A stretch of 30,170 nt of DNA from Burkholderiales bacterium (GTDB lineage: Bacteria > Pseudomonadota > Gammaproteobacteria > Burkholderiales > Usitatibacteraceae). Below the pieces are notes generated by a model that searched no databases, was not told the origin of the DNA, and saw nothing but the letters and a program-made list of their open reading frames with translations. Below are positions 1 to 8,863 of the stretch, piece by piece (position 1 is the first letter of the stretch; each line of letters opens with the position of its first letter). Where the stretch lies: contig JAYVUH010000165.1 in NCBI GenBank assembly GCA_043788115.1, forward strand, positions 1 to 30,170, written 5' to 3'. Position numbers and translations under genes: made by a program.

Positions 1-861
1 AGTGCGAAATTCAAGGTATCGCCCGAACAACTGAATGTTCGGCAAGGCCGCGTCATGTGTGGCCGGTGTCGGCATGTGTTCAATGCGTTCGAAACGCTAA
101 AGCGTACTGAAGACAACGATGCCGGTGAACCGATTGACTACACGCTGCTTGACGCAACCCAAGAAACTGATTCCGCGCAGCAGATACCGCCGCTGGATAC
201 AGCGACCGCCGCGGAGTCGACCGACAAACCCGAGTTATCGCGGGATGTACACGGCGTCGCCGGATTGCCGCCGGACGCAGATCTCGCGATCACACCGGAC
301 ATTGATCCTGCTGCTGAGCCGGACGCACAGGGTCTTGCTACCACCAACCCACTGATTGGTGGACCGGTACCTGCAGATCCGGTCCAATCGCGCGTGTGGG
401 TGTGGCTTGGCACCTCGGCGGGTGTCGCGCTCGCCCTGCAAGCAGCCTTCTATTTTCGTAGTGAGATCGTGCAACAGTACCCACAACTCCGTCCGCAAAT
501 GGCGGCCATGTGCGAGGCGTTTGCATGTTCGATTTCGTGGGGTCGTGATACCGCGCTGATCAAAATTGAATCGTCTGACTTGATTGAGCCACCTGGCAGG
601 CCGGGCCGCATCCTGCTTACTGCAACGTTGGTCAATCGCGCGCCGACCAAACAGGATTTTCCGGCGTTGGAGGTCAAGCTCACGGACGCGAATAATGCCG
701 TGTTGTCGAGCCGTGTACTCATGCCGGCAGAGTACCTGGGACGCGTGCCTGCGGCAGGAGAGGGGCTCGCGCCCAACATCGAGCTATACGTGAATTTGAA
801 TATGGAACTGGTTGGCAAGCCGCAAGCGTCGGGCTATGGCCTGCGAGCGTTTTACCCCTGA
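1..861 (+). CDS. Zinc-ribbon (MJ0042-like) plus DUF3426 membrane protein, 5'-truncated by the window edge
   Basis: Frame 1 is open from base 1 (SAKFKVSPEQLNVRQGRVMCGRCRHVFNA), giving the second CxxC of an N-terminal zinc finger. An acidic low-complexity linker, one TM segment (VWVWLGTSAGVALALQAAFYF) and a C-terminal domain ending in YP follow. Confidence 0.8.
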   Translation, partial: SAKFKVSPEQLNVRQGRVMCGRCRHVFNAFETLKRTEDNDAGEPIDYTLLDATQETDSAQQIPPLDTATAAESTDKPELSRDVHGVAGLPPDADLAITPDIDPAAEPDAQGLATTNPLIGGPVPADPVQSRVWVWLGTSAGVALALQAAFYFRSEIVQQYPQLRPQMAAMCEAFACSISWGRDTALIKIESSDLIEPPGRPGRILLTATLVNRAPTKQDFPALEVKLTDANNAVLSSRVLMPAEYLGRVPAAGEGLAPNIELYVNLNMELVGKPQASGYGLRAFYP

Positions 862-879
862 CACGGCCCGCCAGCGGCG

Positions 880-1854
880 CTACTTCGTTTCCAGCGTATC
901 GCCCTTCATGAACATCCACGTACGGGTGATGTGGATCACGTCAGTATCGCGTTTGATGTTGTCCGGAAATTTGTCGTAGGGTGCCGCCAGTTGTACGATC
1001 CGCTTGGCTGCGTTGTCGAGCACGCGCTTGCCTGAGGACTGATTTATTTCGATTGACTCCACTTCCCCATTGGCCTTGATGGCGACGGTGAGGAGCAATT
1101 TTCCACGGATGCCACTCGTCTTGGCTTCTTCGGGGTAGTTGAGATTGCCGACGTACTCAATCTTGAGCCGCCAGTTGTCCACATATTGGGCGAATCGATA
1201 CTCGGCGGCGCGCGCGCCGATGAACGTTCGCTTTGGCCGCTGCTGGTAGGCGTCGTATTCCTTGGAGAGCTGCGCCTCGAGCTTCGCGATCTCTACTGAC
1301 TTCTGCATCAGGTCAGCTGCCGCCACCGGCTTGGGAGACCCCGCAGGGGGAACGATTTCGCCTTGAGCAATCTTGACGGACGCGCGCGCCTGGGTCATGA
1401 GTGATTTCATTTCGGCTTCGAGTTGCTTTACGCGATCTTGTGCAGCCTGCAACTCGTTACGCGCCGTCGACTGCTCCATGGCGGGAAGCGGTGTTTTTGC
1501 GCGCCGCTTTTCATCGGTGTTGCCACCGCCATCGAGGTTGGCCTGCGCTAGGGCGTCGGCCTTGGTCGGTTTTGACGCGCTCTTGGAATTGACCAGCACA
1601 ACGTCCATGATGTTGTGGGGCGGCGCGAAGCGCTTTGCATCGAAAACGGTGAAGCTGATGCCCAAGACGATAAACAAATGAACGGTGAGCGAAACAACCG
1701 TTGCCGATTGCATCGGGATGGAAACGGCCAGCGCGCGCTGAATGGAAATCGCAACCGGCGGAGGTGGGAGGGCTGCCACCGCATCGAGTCTTTCGTCGAT
1801 CCGGATATTGATGGCATGTGCGACTTGCCGGGGCCGCGAAAATAACGGGAGCAT
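880..1854 (-). CDS. TonB family protein (TM anchor, coiled-coil linker, TonB C-terminal domain)
   Basis: TM segment VSLTVHLFIVLGISF; C-terminal YPEEAK...GKLLLTVAIKANGEVESIEINQSSGKRVLDNAAKRIV is typical of TonB_C. Start codon uncertain. Confidence 0.8.
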   Translation of the reverse strand: MLPLFSRPRQVAHAINIRIDERLDAVAALPPPPVAISIQRALAVSIPMQSATVVSLTVHLFIVLGISFTVFDAKRFAPPHNIMDVVLVNSKSASKPTKADALAQANLDGGGNTDEKRRAKTPLPAMEQSTARNELQAAQDRVKQLEAEMKSLMTQARASVKIAQGEIVPPAGSPKPVAAADLMQKSVEIAKLEAQLSKEYDAYQQRPKRTFIGARAAEYRFAQYVDNWRLKIEYVGNLNYPEEAKTSGIRGKLLLTVAIKANGEVESIEINQSSGKRVLDNAAKRIVQLAAPYDKFPDNIKRDTDVIHITRTWMFMKGDTLETK

Positions 1855-1893
1855 CGCGCGTCGCTAGCGGGTGCGTATTTGCATAGGCTTATT

Positions 1894-3786
1894 TTATTCG
1901 GCTTTGGGGGCTTCTTGCGGCACGACGGGCAAAGAAAACACGCCGCCGATGGACCAATAGTCGATGGACTCGATATTTACAGTTACCGCTGTCTTGGGAT
2001 TGAGATTGGCGGTGGCCTTCAGTTTGACGATGATTGGTAACTCGCTGCCACGAACCAGCTCATCGCGGATGATGGTAGCCGGAAATGATGTTTTGCCTTC
2101 TTGTTCAAGATAGCGAAGGCACCAGAACCGTTCCATATTGCGCTGGAATTCCGCATAAGCGTCGTAAGTGAGGTCGAAGGTTCGCGCGATTTCACTGAGC
2201 ACCGGCGAACGTCTTGGAAACAGCGGTGTGCCGCCTTGTATCAACGCCACCAGCTGACGTTGATTCACCAGATCGACATAACGCCGCAACGGCGAGGAAG
2301 ACCAGGCGTAGTAGGCAACGCCGAGCCCCTCATGCGGCAGCGCGTCGGTGGTCATGCGGGTCTTCATGTTCTGCTGGGCGCGGTAGATTCCCGCGACGTT
2401 ATTTTCAGCGAGTAATTTCCCCCACTCACTATTGGCGAGGATCATCAGCTCGGCAACAATGGTGTCGACGGGACTGCCGCGTACCCGCTGCGAAATGTTT
2501 ACCGTTGCGCCGTCATTCATGATGTCAAAGTTGTAGTCGACGTAATCGGTGTTGTCCTTGGCACCACGCTTCTCCTTGAGCGCCAAGGCGATCGCGTGCA
2601 GGCTGATGAGTTGGTCGCCAAACGTGCCTTTGTCGGTGGTGCCCGCAGGGTTGGCAATGCATGCATCGGTGAGCCATGTCTCGATTTCATGCAGGCGCAG
2701 ATTTTTGCCGATATGTACGCGATCGACCGCTGACCGCGTCGAGACAAGCGCGTGGGTAGCGGGATCGAACTCGGCGTAGAGCGAGACCACCGGACAATCG
2801 CGTCCCTCCGCCAGCGTGGCGGCGGCGACAGCCGCGTCGGGCAACATCGTGATCTTGGTGCCCGGGTAGTACACCGTTGACATGCGCGATTTGGCGTAGG
2901 CATCGAGCGCACTGTCGGGGTCAAAATAGAGCGACGGGGCGGCGATGTGAATGCCGACTTCAACGCGCGAGTCATCCAGCACGCGATACGAAAACGCGTC
3001 GTCAATCTCAACCGTGGTCGCGTCATCAATGGAGTAGGCGGTACGACCGCTGTCGGCAACTTCGGTCGGCGCGGTGAGGACTGCATCAACCGGCGGGGCG
3101 ACGCCTTTCGGAAAATACTCAGAGACAAATTTGCCCAAATGATAGTCGTGCTGTGCCATGTAGGGCAGCGCGCTGCGGTGTGGCCATGCACCGGCTGCGA
3201 AAAATAGTTCCGGCAGGTTGAGCCTGGTTTCTTCGACCGCTTTCTCACACGCTTTGGCGATCAGCGTATTGCGATCGGGCCGGTAAAGCAATTGGTTGAC
3301 GTGCGGGCGCATCGCCTCGGGCATCACGCCGGACGTGAGCTCGTTTACCCAAATCTCCATCTCGGCCGCTTCACGCTTCTTGCGCTCGATCGAGGCGAGC
3401 GCCGCCTTCAGATTCTCTTCGGGCGCTTTTTGGTAGCGACCCTTGCCGCGTTTGTAGAAATACATCGGCGCGCCATGCAGCTTGCTCGCGCATGCGGCCG
3501 CTTCGGCTGCGGAGGGCTTGTGGCCGAAGTATTCGAGCGCCAACTCCTCGAACCCAAATTCGTTCGGGCCGCTCACTTCGTAAAGAAAATCAGGTTCAAT
3601 CGTCGCCGCCAGCACCTCTGCGCTAGGTAACAGTTCGCCGAGCGCCGAGTCGAACCGGAGCAACACAGCGTTAGCCTTGATCTTGCTGCGTTTGCCACTG
3701 ATGGCTTCGACCTGCATCGACGTGCCGATATCCTCCATCACGCGCGCGACCTTAAAGCCCCCGTCTTCTTCGAAAAACACATTCAT
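1894..3786 (-). CDS. rnb: RNB-domain exoribonuclease (RNase II/R family)
   Basis: Catalytic SIDDATTVEIDDAFS, AELMILAN and SSPLRRYVDLVNQRQL motifs. Start placed at MNVFFEEDG (ATG at 3786) rather than the ORF-track 3840. Confidence 0.88.
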   Translation of the reverse strand: MNVFFEEDGGFKVARVMEDIGTSMQVEAISGKRSKIKANAVLLRFDSALGELLPSAEVLAATIEPDFLYEVSGPNEFGFEELALEYFGHKPSAAEAAACASKLHGAPMYFYKRGKGRYQKAPEENLKAALASIERKKREAAEMEIWVNELTSGVMPEAMRPHVNQLLYRPDRNTLIAKACEKAVEETRLNLPELFFAAGAWPHRSALPYMAQHDYHLGKFVSEYFPKGVAPPVDAVLTAPTEVADSGRTAYSIDDATTVEIDDAFSYRVLDDSRVEVGIHIAAPSLYFDPDSALDAYAKSRMSTVYYPGTKITMLPDAAVAAATLAEGRDCPVVSLYAEFDPATHALVSTRSAVDRVHIGKNLRLHEIETWLTDACIANPAGTTDKGTFGDQLISLHAIALALKEKRGAKDNTDYVDYNFDIMNDGATVNISQRVRGSPVDTIVAELMILANSEWGKLLAENNVAGIYRAQQNMKTRMTTDALPHEGLGVAYYAWSSSPLRRYVDLVNQRQLVALIQGGTPLFPRRSPVLSEIARTFDLTYDAYAEFQRNMERFWCLRYLEQEGKTSFPATIIRDELVRGSELPIIVKLKATANLNPKTAVTVNIESIDYWSIGGVFSLPVVPQEAPKAE

Positions 3787-3895
3787 GGTTGGCGGGTTTC
3801 CGGTACTTGATGCGCAATTGGGGGCACATGTTTGACACAACGTGAGCGCGAATTATAGCGGCAGCATGCCGCCCGAGTCGTCCTGCTGGCCGAAT

Positions 3896-4480
3896 TCAGG
3901 CGACGCTGAGGCCTGCGTGCCGCAGTATCTTGGCGACGTGGGACGGAAAGGATAAAAGATCGTGATTGCCGCCGTCGACGACGATCTGTGGTGACGCGGC
4001 AAACTTCGATAGCGTCGCACGGTGATCTAGAAGTTCGTCGCCCATCTCAACGACGACCAGAAAATTTTCGGGTGAGGTGACGCCCGCGACGTCACGCGCG
4101 CGCAGTGCCGCTAGATGTTCGGCGGTGAACTCAAATGGCTCGTGGTCGCCATGAAACGCCGTCTGTGGACCAATACAGGAGGACAACGTTTCCCAAGGCG
4201 CGAGCGAAGGATTGAGTAGAACAGCTCGACAGCCCGTCTTCTCGGCACAAATTTCCGCATAGAAACCACCAAGAGACGATCCCACGATCGTTAAATCGTC
4301 CGCGCAACAACGCGCGACAATCGCCTCAATTTGCGTGAATGCCACGGCCGGGTCAAACGAGAGATCTGGAGTGATGTATTCCCAGTCGCTGCTTAACGTA
4401 TGCAGCGCCTCGCCCAGCATTCGCGCCTTGTGGGATTGGCTGCTACTTCGAAAACCGTGCAGGTAAATGAGTGTTTTCAT
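3896..4480 (-). CDS. yqiA: YqiA/YcfP family alpha/beta hydrolase (esterase)
   Basis: N-terminal LIYLHGFRSS, nucleophile elbow GSSLGG, AVLLNPS and C-terminal GGNH; 194 aa. Confidence 0.85.
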   Translation of the reverse strand: MKTLIYLHGFRSSSQSHKARMLGEALHTLSSDWEYITPDLSFDPAVAFTQIEAIVARCCADDLTIVGSSLGGFYAEICAEKTGCRAVLLNPSLAPWETLSSCIGPQTAFHGDHEPFEFTAEHLAALRARDVAGVTSPENFLVVVEMGDELLDHRATLSKFAASPQIVVDGGNHDLLSFPSHVAKILRHAGLSVA

Positions 4481-4495
4481 CGCAGTAAATTTTGA

Positions 4496-4526
4496 AAGTC
4501 GTTTATTGGCGGGCAGTTTCAGGCAC
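4496..4526 (+). repeat. Dispersed intergenic repeat, copy A (AAGTCGTTTATTGGCGGGC core)
   Basis: 4496-4514 matches the reverse complement of 16135-16153 at 19/19 nt; similarity continues with TTTCAG(G)CAC. Confidence 0.75.
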
Positions 4527-4565
4527 TTTTGGCCCGAAACGCGCGCCGTTATTGCACTTTTACAA

Positions 4566-5969
4566 TCAACTGTTCAATCCGGCGCTCGGCACTATCGCTT
4601 CGCCGGCCATTGCCTTCACCGCGAGCGCCTGAAGTAGCAGGTTGTGTACGCCGCCGAAGCCACCATTGCTCATCACCACGACATGGTCATTTGGCTTGGC
4701 CACCGCCGTGACCGCCTCAACCAGTGTCGCAAGATTGTCAAACACGCCGGTCTTGGTGCCGATCGGAGAAAATGTTTCGCCCGCATCCCAGCCAAGATTG
4801 TGGGCGTGAATGAACACCACGTCCGCCGCGGCTAACGAGGCGGGCAGCGCGTTGCGCATCGCGCCGAGCTTCATCGTATTCGAACGCGGCTCGAGAACGG
4901 CAATGATGCGATCGTTCTTCACATGACAGCGCAGGCCTGCCAGTGTGGTGGCAATTGCGGTCGGATGATGGGCGAAGTCGTCATAAACGGTAATGCCATT
5001 GACGATGCCGCGGACTTCCATGCGTCTCGCCACACCGCTGAATTGATTCAATGCCTCGATGGAAATCTTCACCGGCACGCCAGCGTGGCGCGCAGCGGCA
5101 ATCGCAGCAAGCGCATTCATCTTGTTATGCGCGCCGGTCAAATCCCACGTGATGGTGCCGCGATTTTTGTCGTCGCAGCGGACTTCAAATTGGTTTTCCT
5201 CGGCGCCACGCCGAAAGTCCCACAGCATGCCCGGCCCGAAGTGCTCGATCGGCGTCCAGCAGCCTTTGTCGAGCGCATTGGTCAGATGCGCCTCGCTGCC
5301 ATTGGCAACCACCAGTCCGTTGGCCGGAACGGTGCGCACCAGATGGTGAAACTGCGTCTCAATCGCCTCGATATTTGGAAAAATATCGGCGTGGTCGTAT
5401 TCCAGATTGTTGAGGATGACCGTGCGTGAATGGTAGTGAACAAACTTAGAACGCTTGTCGAAAAACGCGGTGTCGTACTCGTCAGCTTCGATGACGAAAA
5501 ACGGCGACTCCGCCTTGGGCATGCGCGCCGAGATGCCGAAGTTCTTGGCGATGCCACCGATCAGAAATCCCGGTGCCACCCCGGCGTAGTCGAGAATCCA
5601 CGCCAACATTGACGCTGTGGTGGTCTTGCCGTGCGTGCCTGCCACCGATAGCACCCAGCGGCCCTGCAATACGTTTTCACCGAGCCACTGCGGTCCCGAG
5701 ATATAGCGCATCCCCCGGTTGAGAATTTCTTCAATGATCGGTTTGCCACGTGTCATCGCATTGCCGACCACGTACACATCCGCCTGATATTTATCGAGCT
5801 GTTCGGCGTCAAAGCCCTCGTGCAAGCCGATGCCGAGCGCTTCGAGCTGGGTGGACATCGGCGGATAGACATTTGCGTCGCAGCCGGTCACCGTGTGGCC
5901 CATGTCTTTCGCCAGTGCGGCGAGACCACCCATGAACGTGCCGCAGATACCTAGAATATGCAGATGCAT
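4566..5969 (-). CDS. mpl: UDP-N-acetylmuramate:L-alanyl-gamma-D-glutamyl-meso-diaminopimelate ligase
   Basis: MHLHILGICGTFMGGLA start, P-loop AGTHGKTTT, FVIEADEYDTAFFDKRSKF, DDFAHHPTAI, EPRSNTMK. Confidence 0.95.
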   Translation of the reverse strand: MHLHILGICGTFMGGLAALAKDMGHTVTGCDANVYPPMSTQLEALGIGLHEGFDAEQLDKYQADVYVVGNAMTRGKPIIEEILNRGMRYISGPQWLGENVLQGRWVLSVAGTHGKTTTASMLAWILDYAGVAPGFLIGGIAKNFGISARMPKAESPFFVIEADEYDTAFFDKRSKFVHYHSRTVILNNLEYDHADIFPNIEAIETQFHHLVRTVPANGLVVANGSEAHLTNALDKGCWTPIEHFGPGMLWDFRRGAEENQFEVRCDDKNRGTITWDLTGAHNKMNALAAIAAARHAGVPVKISIEALNQFSGVARRMEVRGIVNGITVYDDFAHHPTAIATTLAGLRCHVKNDRIIAVLEPRSNTMKLGAMRNALPASLAAADVVFIHAHNLGWDAGETFSPIGTKTGVFDNLATLVEAVTAVAKPNDHVVVMSNGGFGGVHNLLLQALAVKAMAGEAIVPSAGLNS

Positions 5970-6100
5970 GGCGAAAGAAAATTGAGAGGAGTTGCCGGAT
6001 TCTCCCATGCAATTCAGGCGCTGCTAAAAACACGCTAACCGGCTGGAGACTAGGATTGACGGGAGTAAACTTGCCGTCCGGCATCGGGGTTGGGGTGGCG

Positions 6101-6128
6101 GTTGATTTCACGCTTTTTGGCCCCACTT
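6101..6128 (+). promoter_or_regulatory. Candidate sigma32 (RpoH)-type promoter for gshA-gshB
   Basis: GTTGAT (6101-6106), 14-nt spacer, CCCCAC(TT) (6121-6128), compared with the RpoH consensus CTTGAA-N13-15-CCCCAT; lies just upstream of the GAGAGG RBS and ATG 6163. Confidence 0.4.
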
Positions 6129-6162
6129 TGTTAGGCTGGGAAGCACATAGAGAGGTTGTTGC

Positions 6163-7515
6163 ATGGTTCCACATCTCACGACATCACTCACCGGCCCGGT
6201 ACTCGAACTCGAACAGAAAATTCTCGATTCGCGCCCGACCATCGAACGCTGGTTTCGCGCGCAATGGCAGACGCATACGCTGCCAATCTATTCGTCGGTC
6301 GATTTGCGTAATTCGGGATTCAAGCTCGCGCCGGTCGACACCAACCTATTTCCTGGCGGGTTTAACAATCTGAATCCAGACTTCCTGCCACTCTGTGTAC
6401 ACGCGATGATGTCTGCGGTGCAGAAAATCTGTCCGGATAAACAACGTTTTTTGTTGATCCCGGAGAATCACACCCGTAACCTGTTCTATCTCACCAACGT
6501 TGCCGCGATTCGAAAAATTCTCGAGGGTGCCGGACTAGATGTCCGCGTCGGCTCCATAAATCCGGAGATCACGACCGTCACGACGCTGGATCTACCGAAC
6601 GGCGACAAGCTCACGCTAGAGCCGGTGATCAGAATCGGCAACCGCGTTGGTGTCGCTGGGTTTGACCCCTGCGCGGTGTTGCTCAATAACGATTTGTCAG
6701 CCGGCGTGCCGCCGATTTTAGAAGGCATCGAGCAGCCGGTCGTCCCGCCGCTTTACTCTGGCTGGACCAATCGCCGCAAGACCATCCACTTCCACGCTTA
6801 TGACCGCGTTGCCGAGGAGTTCGCCAAGCTGATCAACATCGATCCGTGGATGATCAATCCCGAGTTCTCGCAGTGCGGGCGCGTGAATTTTTCAGCTAAA
6901 GAAGGCGAAGAATGTCTGGCCTCCAACGTTGAAGCGGTGTTGAAGGAAATTGAAATCAAATACAAAGAGTACGGTATCAAGGAAAAACCGTTTGTCATCG
7001 TCAAGGCCGATGCCGGCACCTACGGTATGGGTGTGCTGACGGCGCGTTCGCCGGACGACGTGCGCGACTTGAATCGTAAAGAGCGCAACAAGATGGCGGT
7101 CATCAAGGAAGGCCTTGAAGTCAACGAAGTCATCATTCAGGAAGGCGTCTATACGTTCGAGCGCGTCAACGATTTGGTCGCCGAGCCGGTCGTTTACATG
7201 ATCGATCAATTTGTGGTCGGCGGCTTTTATCGTGTCAATACCGACCGCGGGATTGACGAAAATCTCAATTCGCGCGGCATGAGCTTTGTCCCGCTCGCCT
7301 TTGAAACCGATTGCCACACGCCGGATTGCGCCGGTTTGCCCGACTCGCCAACCAACCGCTTCTACACCTACGGCGTGGTGGCGCGACTGGCCATGCTGGC
7401 GGCTGCCAAAGAGCTGGTGATTCTCGCGGAAATGCAGGCGGCGAGCAACGCGAAATCCGCCGCGCCGCTGGGACCGCCGACGCTGATCCGGCCAATCTCC
7501 GTCGCGGCCGAATGA
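6163..7515 (+). CDS. gshA: Glutamate--cysteine ligase, betaproteobacterial GshA type
   Basis: MVPHLTT start, YSSVDLRNSGFKLAPVDTNLFPGGFNNL, VKADAGTYGMG, EPVVYMID; GAGAGG RBS; translationally coupled to gshB. Confidence 0.93.
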   Translation: MVPHLTTSLTGPVLELEQKILDSRPTIERWFRAQWQTHTLPIYSSVDLRNSGFKLAPVDTNLFPGGFNNLNPDFLPLCVHAMMSAVQKICPDKQRFLLIPENHTRNLFYLTNVAAIRKILEGAGLDVRVGSINPEITTVTTLDLPNGDKLTLEPVIRIGNRVGVAGFDPCAVLLNNDLSAGVPPILEGIEQPVVPPLYSGWTNRRKTIHFHAYDRVAEEFAKLINIDPWMINPEFSQCGRVNFSAKEGEECLASNVEAVLKEIEIKYKEYGIKEKPFVIVKADAGTYGMGVLTARSPDDVRDLNRKERNKMAVIKEGLEVNEVIIQEGVYTFERVNDLVAEPVVYMIDQFVVGGFYRVNTDRGIDENLNSRGMSFVPLAFETDCHTPDCAGLPDSPTNRFYTYGVVARLAMLAAAKELVILAEMQAASNAKSAAPLGPPTLIRPISVAAE

Positions 7516-8441
7516 TGGATATCGCGTTCATCGTTGACCCGCTTGCCGGACTGAAGCCTTACAAGGATTCATCGGTGTTCATGATGCGCGAAGCATCAAA
7601 GCGCGGGCATGTCGTTTGGGCATTTGAAGCGTGCGAATTGCACGCTCGAGGGAACGCGGTTTCAGCGATGGCGTCACGTCTTACCGTCAGTGATGACAAC
7701 AGCCATTGGTGCAAGGTGGATCAATCGGTCGAGAAGCCGTTGAAGGATTTCGGCGCGGTGTTGATGCGTAAAGACCCGCCGTTTGATAAAGAGTATCTGT
7801 ATTCAACATTGCTATTGAGTCTTGCCGAGTCGCAGGGCGCGCGCATTATCAACCGGCCAGACAGCCTGCGCGATTACAACGAAAAGTTAGCCATCCTTAA
7901 GTTTCCGGAATTTACCGCGCCTACGCTGGTGACGGCTGAGATGGCGCAGGTGCATGCGTTTGTGGATGAACACACCGATGTCATTCTGAAGAAACTCGAC
8001 GGTATGGGTGGCACTTCCATCTTTCGTGTGACCGCCACTGACGCGAACCGCAATGCCATCGTCGAAGTGCAAACCGAGTACGGCGCATCGACCATCATGG
8101 CGCAGCGCTACATCCCCGAAATTGCGCAGGGTGACAAACGTGTATTGGTGATCGACGGCAAAGTGGCTGAACACACGCTTGCAAGAATTCCGAAAGCTGG
8201 TGAAACGCGCGGCAACTTGGCCGCTGGTGGCAAGGGTGTCGCGATGCCGATCACGCCACGCGAGCGTGAAATTGCCGAGGCGCTTGGCCCGACACTCAAG
8301 CGCGATGGACTTACCATCGTCGGACTCGACATCATCGGCGACTACTTAACCGAAGTGAATGTGACCTCACCAACCTGTATGGTCGAGATATTCGAGCAGA
8401 CGGGGGAGAACATTGCCGCTGCGGTACTTGACGCAATTTAG
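7512..8441 (+). CDS. gshB: Glutathione synthetase
   Basis: KDSS, LMRKDPPFD, NEKL, KKLDGMGGTSIF, RGNLAAGG, GLDIIGDYLTEVNVTSPTC. ATGA overlap with the gshA stop, so the true start is 7512 or 7515, not 7311. Confidence 0.95.
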   Translation: MMDIAFIVDPLAGLKPYKDSSVFMMREASKRGHVVWAFEACELHARGNAVSAMASRLTVSDDNSHWCKVDQSVEKPLKDFGAVLMRKDPPFDKEYLYSTLLLSLAESQGARIINRPDSLRDYNEKLAILKFPEFTAPTLVTAEMAQVHAFVDEHTDVILKKLDGMGGTSIFRVTATDANRNAIVEVQTEYGASTIMAQRYIPEIAQGDKRVLVIDGKVAEHTLARIPKAGETRGNLAAGGKGVAMPITPREREIAEALGPTLKRDGLTIVGLDIIGDYLTEVNVTSPTCMVEIFEQTGENIAAAVLDAI

Positions 8442-8488
8442 ATGAGCTACTGGCCGCGTGAGGCAGTGGCATATCTTATGTGGATGAG

Positions 8489-8546
8489 TGCCAGCCTGAC
8501 GCTTGCGGGCTAATTTGGTTTGACGGCGACCGGCCAGAAGCGGCTG
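8489..8546 (+). repeat. Left boundary of the putative insert: hairpin/direct-repeat half plus one short palindromic unit
   Basis: CCAGCCTG(8491-8498)...CGGGCTAAT(8506-8514) resembles CCAGCCTG(12690-12697)...CGGGCTTAAT(12711-12720). GACGGCGACCGGCCAGAAGCGG (8522-8543) resembles GACGGCTTCGGGTCAATAGCAG (12567-12588) at 15/22 positions. Confidence 0.45.
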
Positions 8547-8863
8547 TTTGAACCTGCTGTCCGATTTCATGCTCTGGCACACCGAATGGCGCGACAAACA
8601 CGTCAACTCCAACAACTGCGCGTTTTTCGGGTCGCGCACTTTGAACGGTCCACCTCGCCCAGTCATGCTTCCCCCATGCCGCACAAGTAAACTGGTGCGG
8701 ATGTTGTGGAAAAGATCATGGATTTCCCTCAGGGCCGTCAGTTTTGCGTGGGCAGCACTAGGGGTTAATATCTGTGCCATACCGCACAACAACAGCCTAA
8801 ACAATCGGCACGCTGCTCGCTAAAGCCGTCAGGCATCTAGAACGAAACTAAGGGGACACAATA

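Noticed and set aside
8367-8823. ORFs 8367-8804 (-) and 8548-8823 (+) as genes
   Set aside because: No recognisable motifs or RBS, and one overlaps gshB. They could be a decayed gene remnant, but this cannot be supported.
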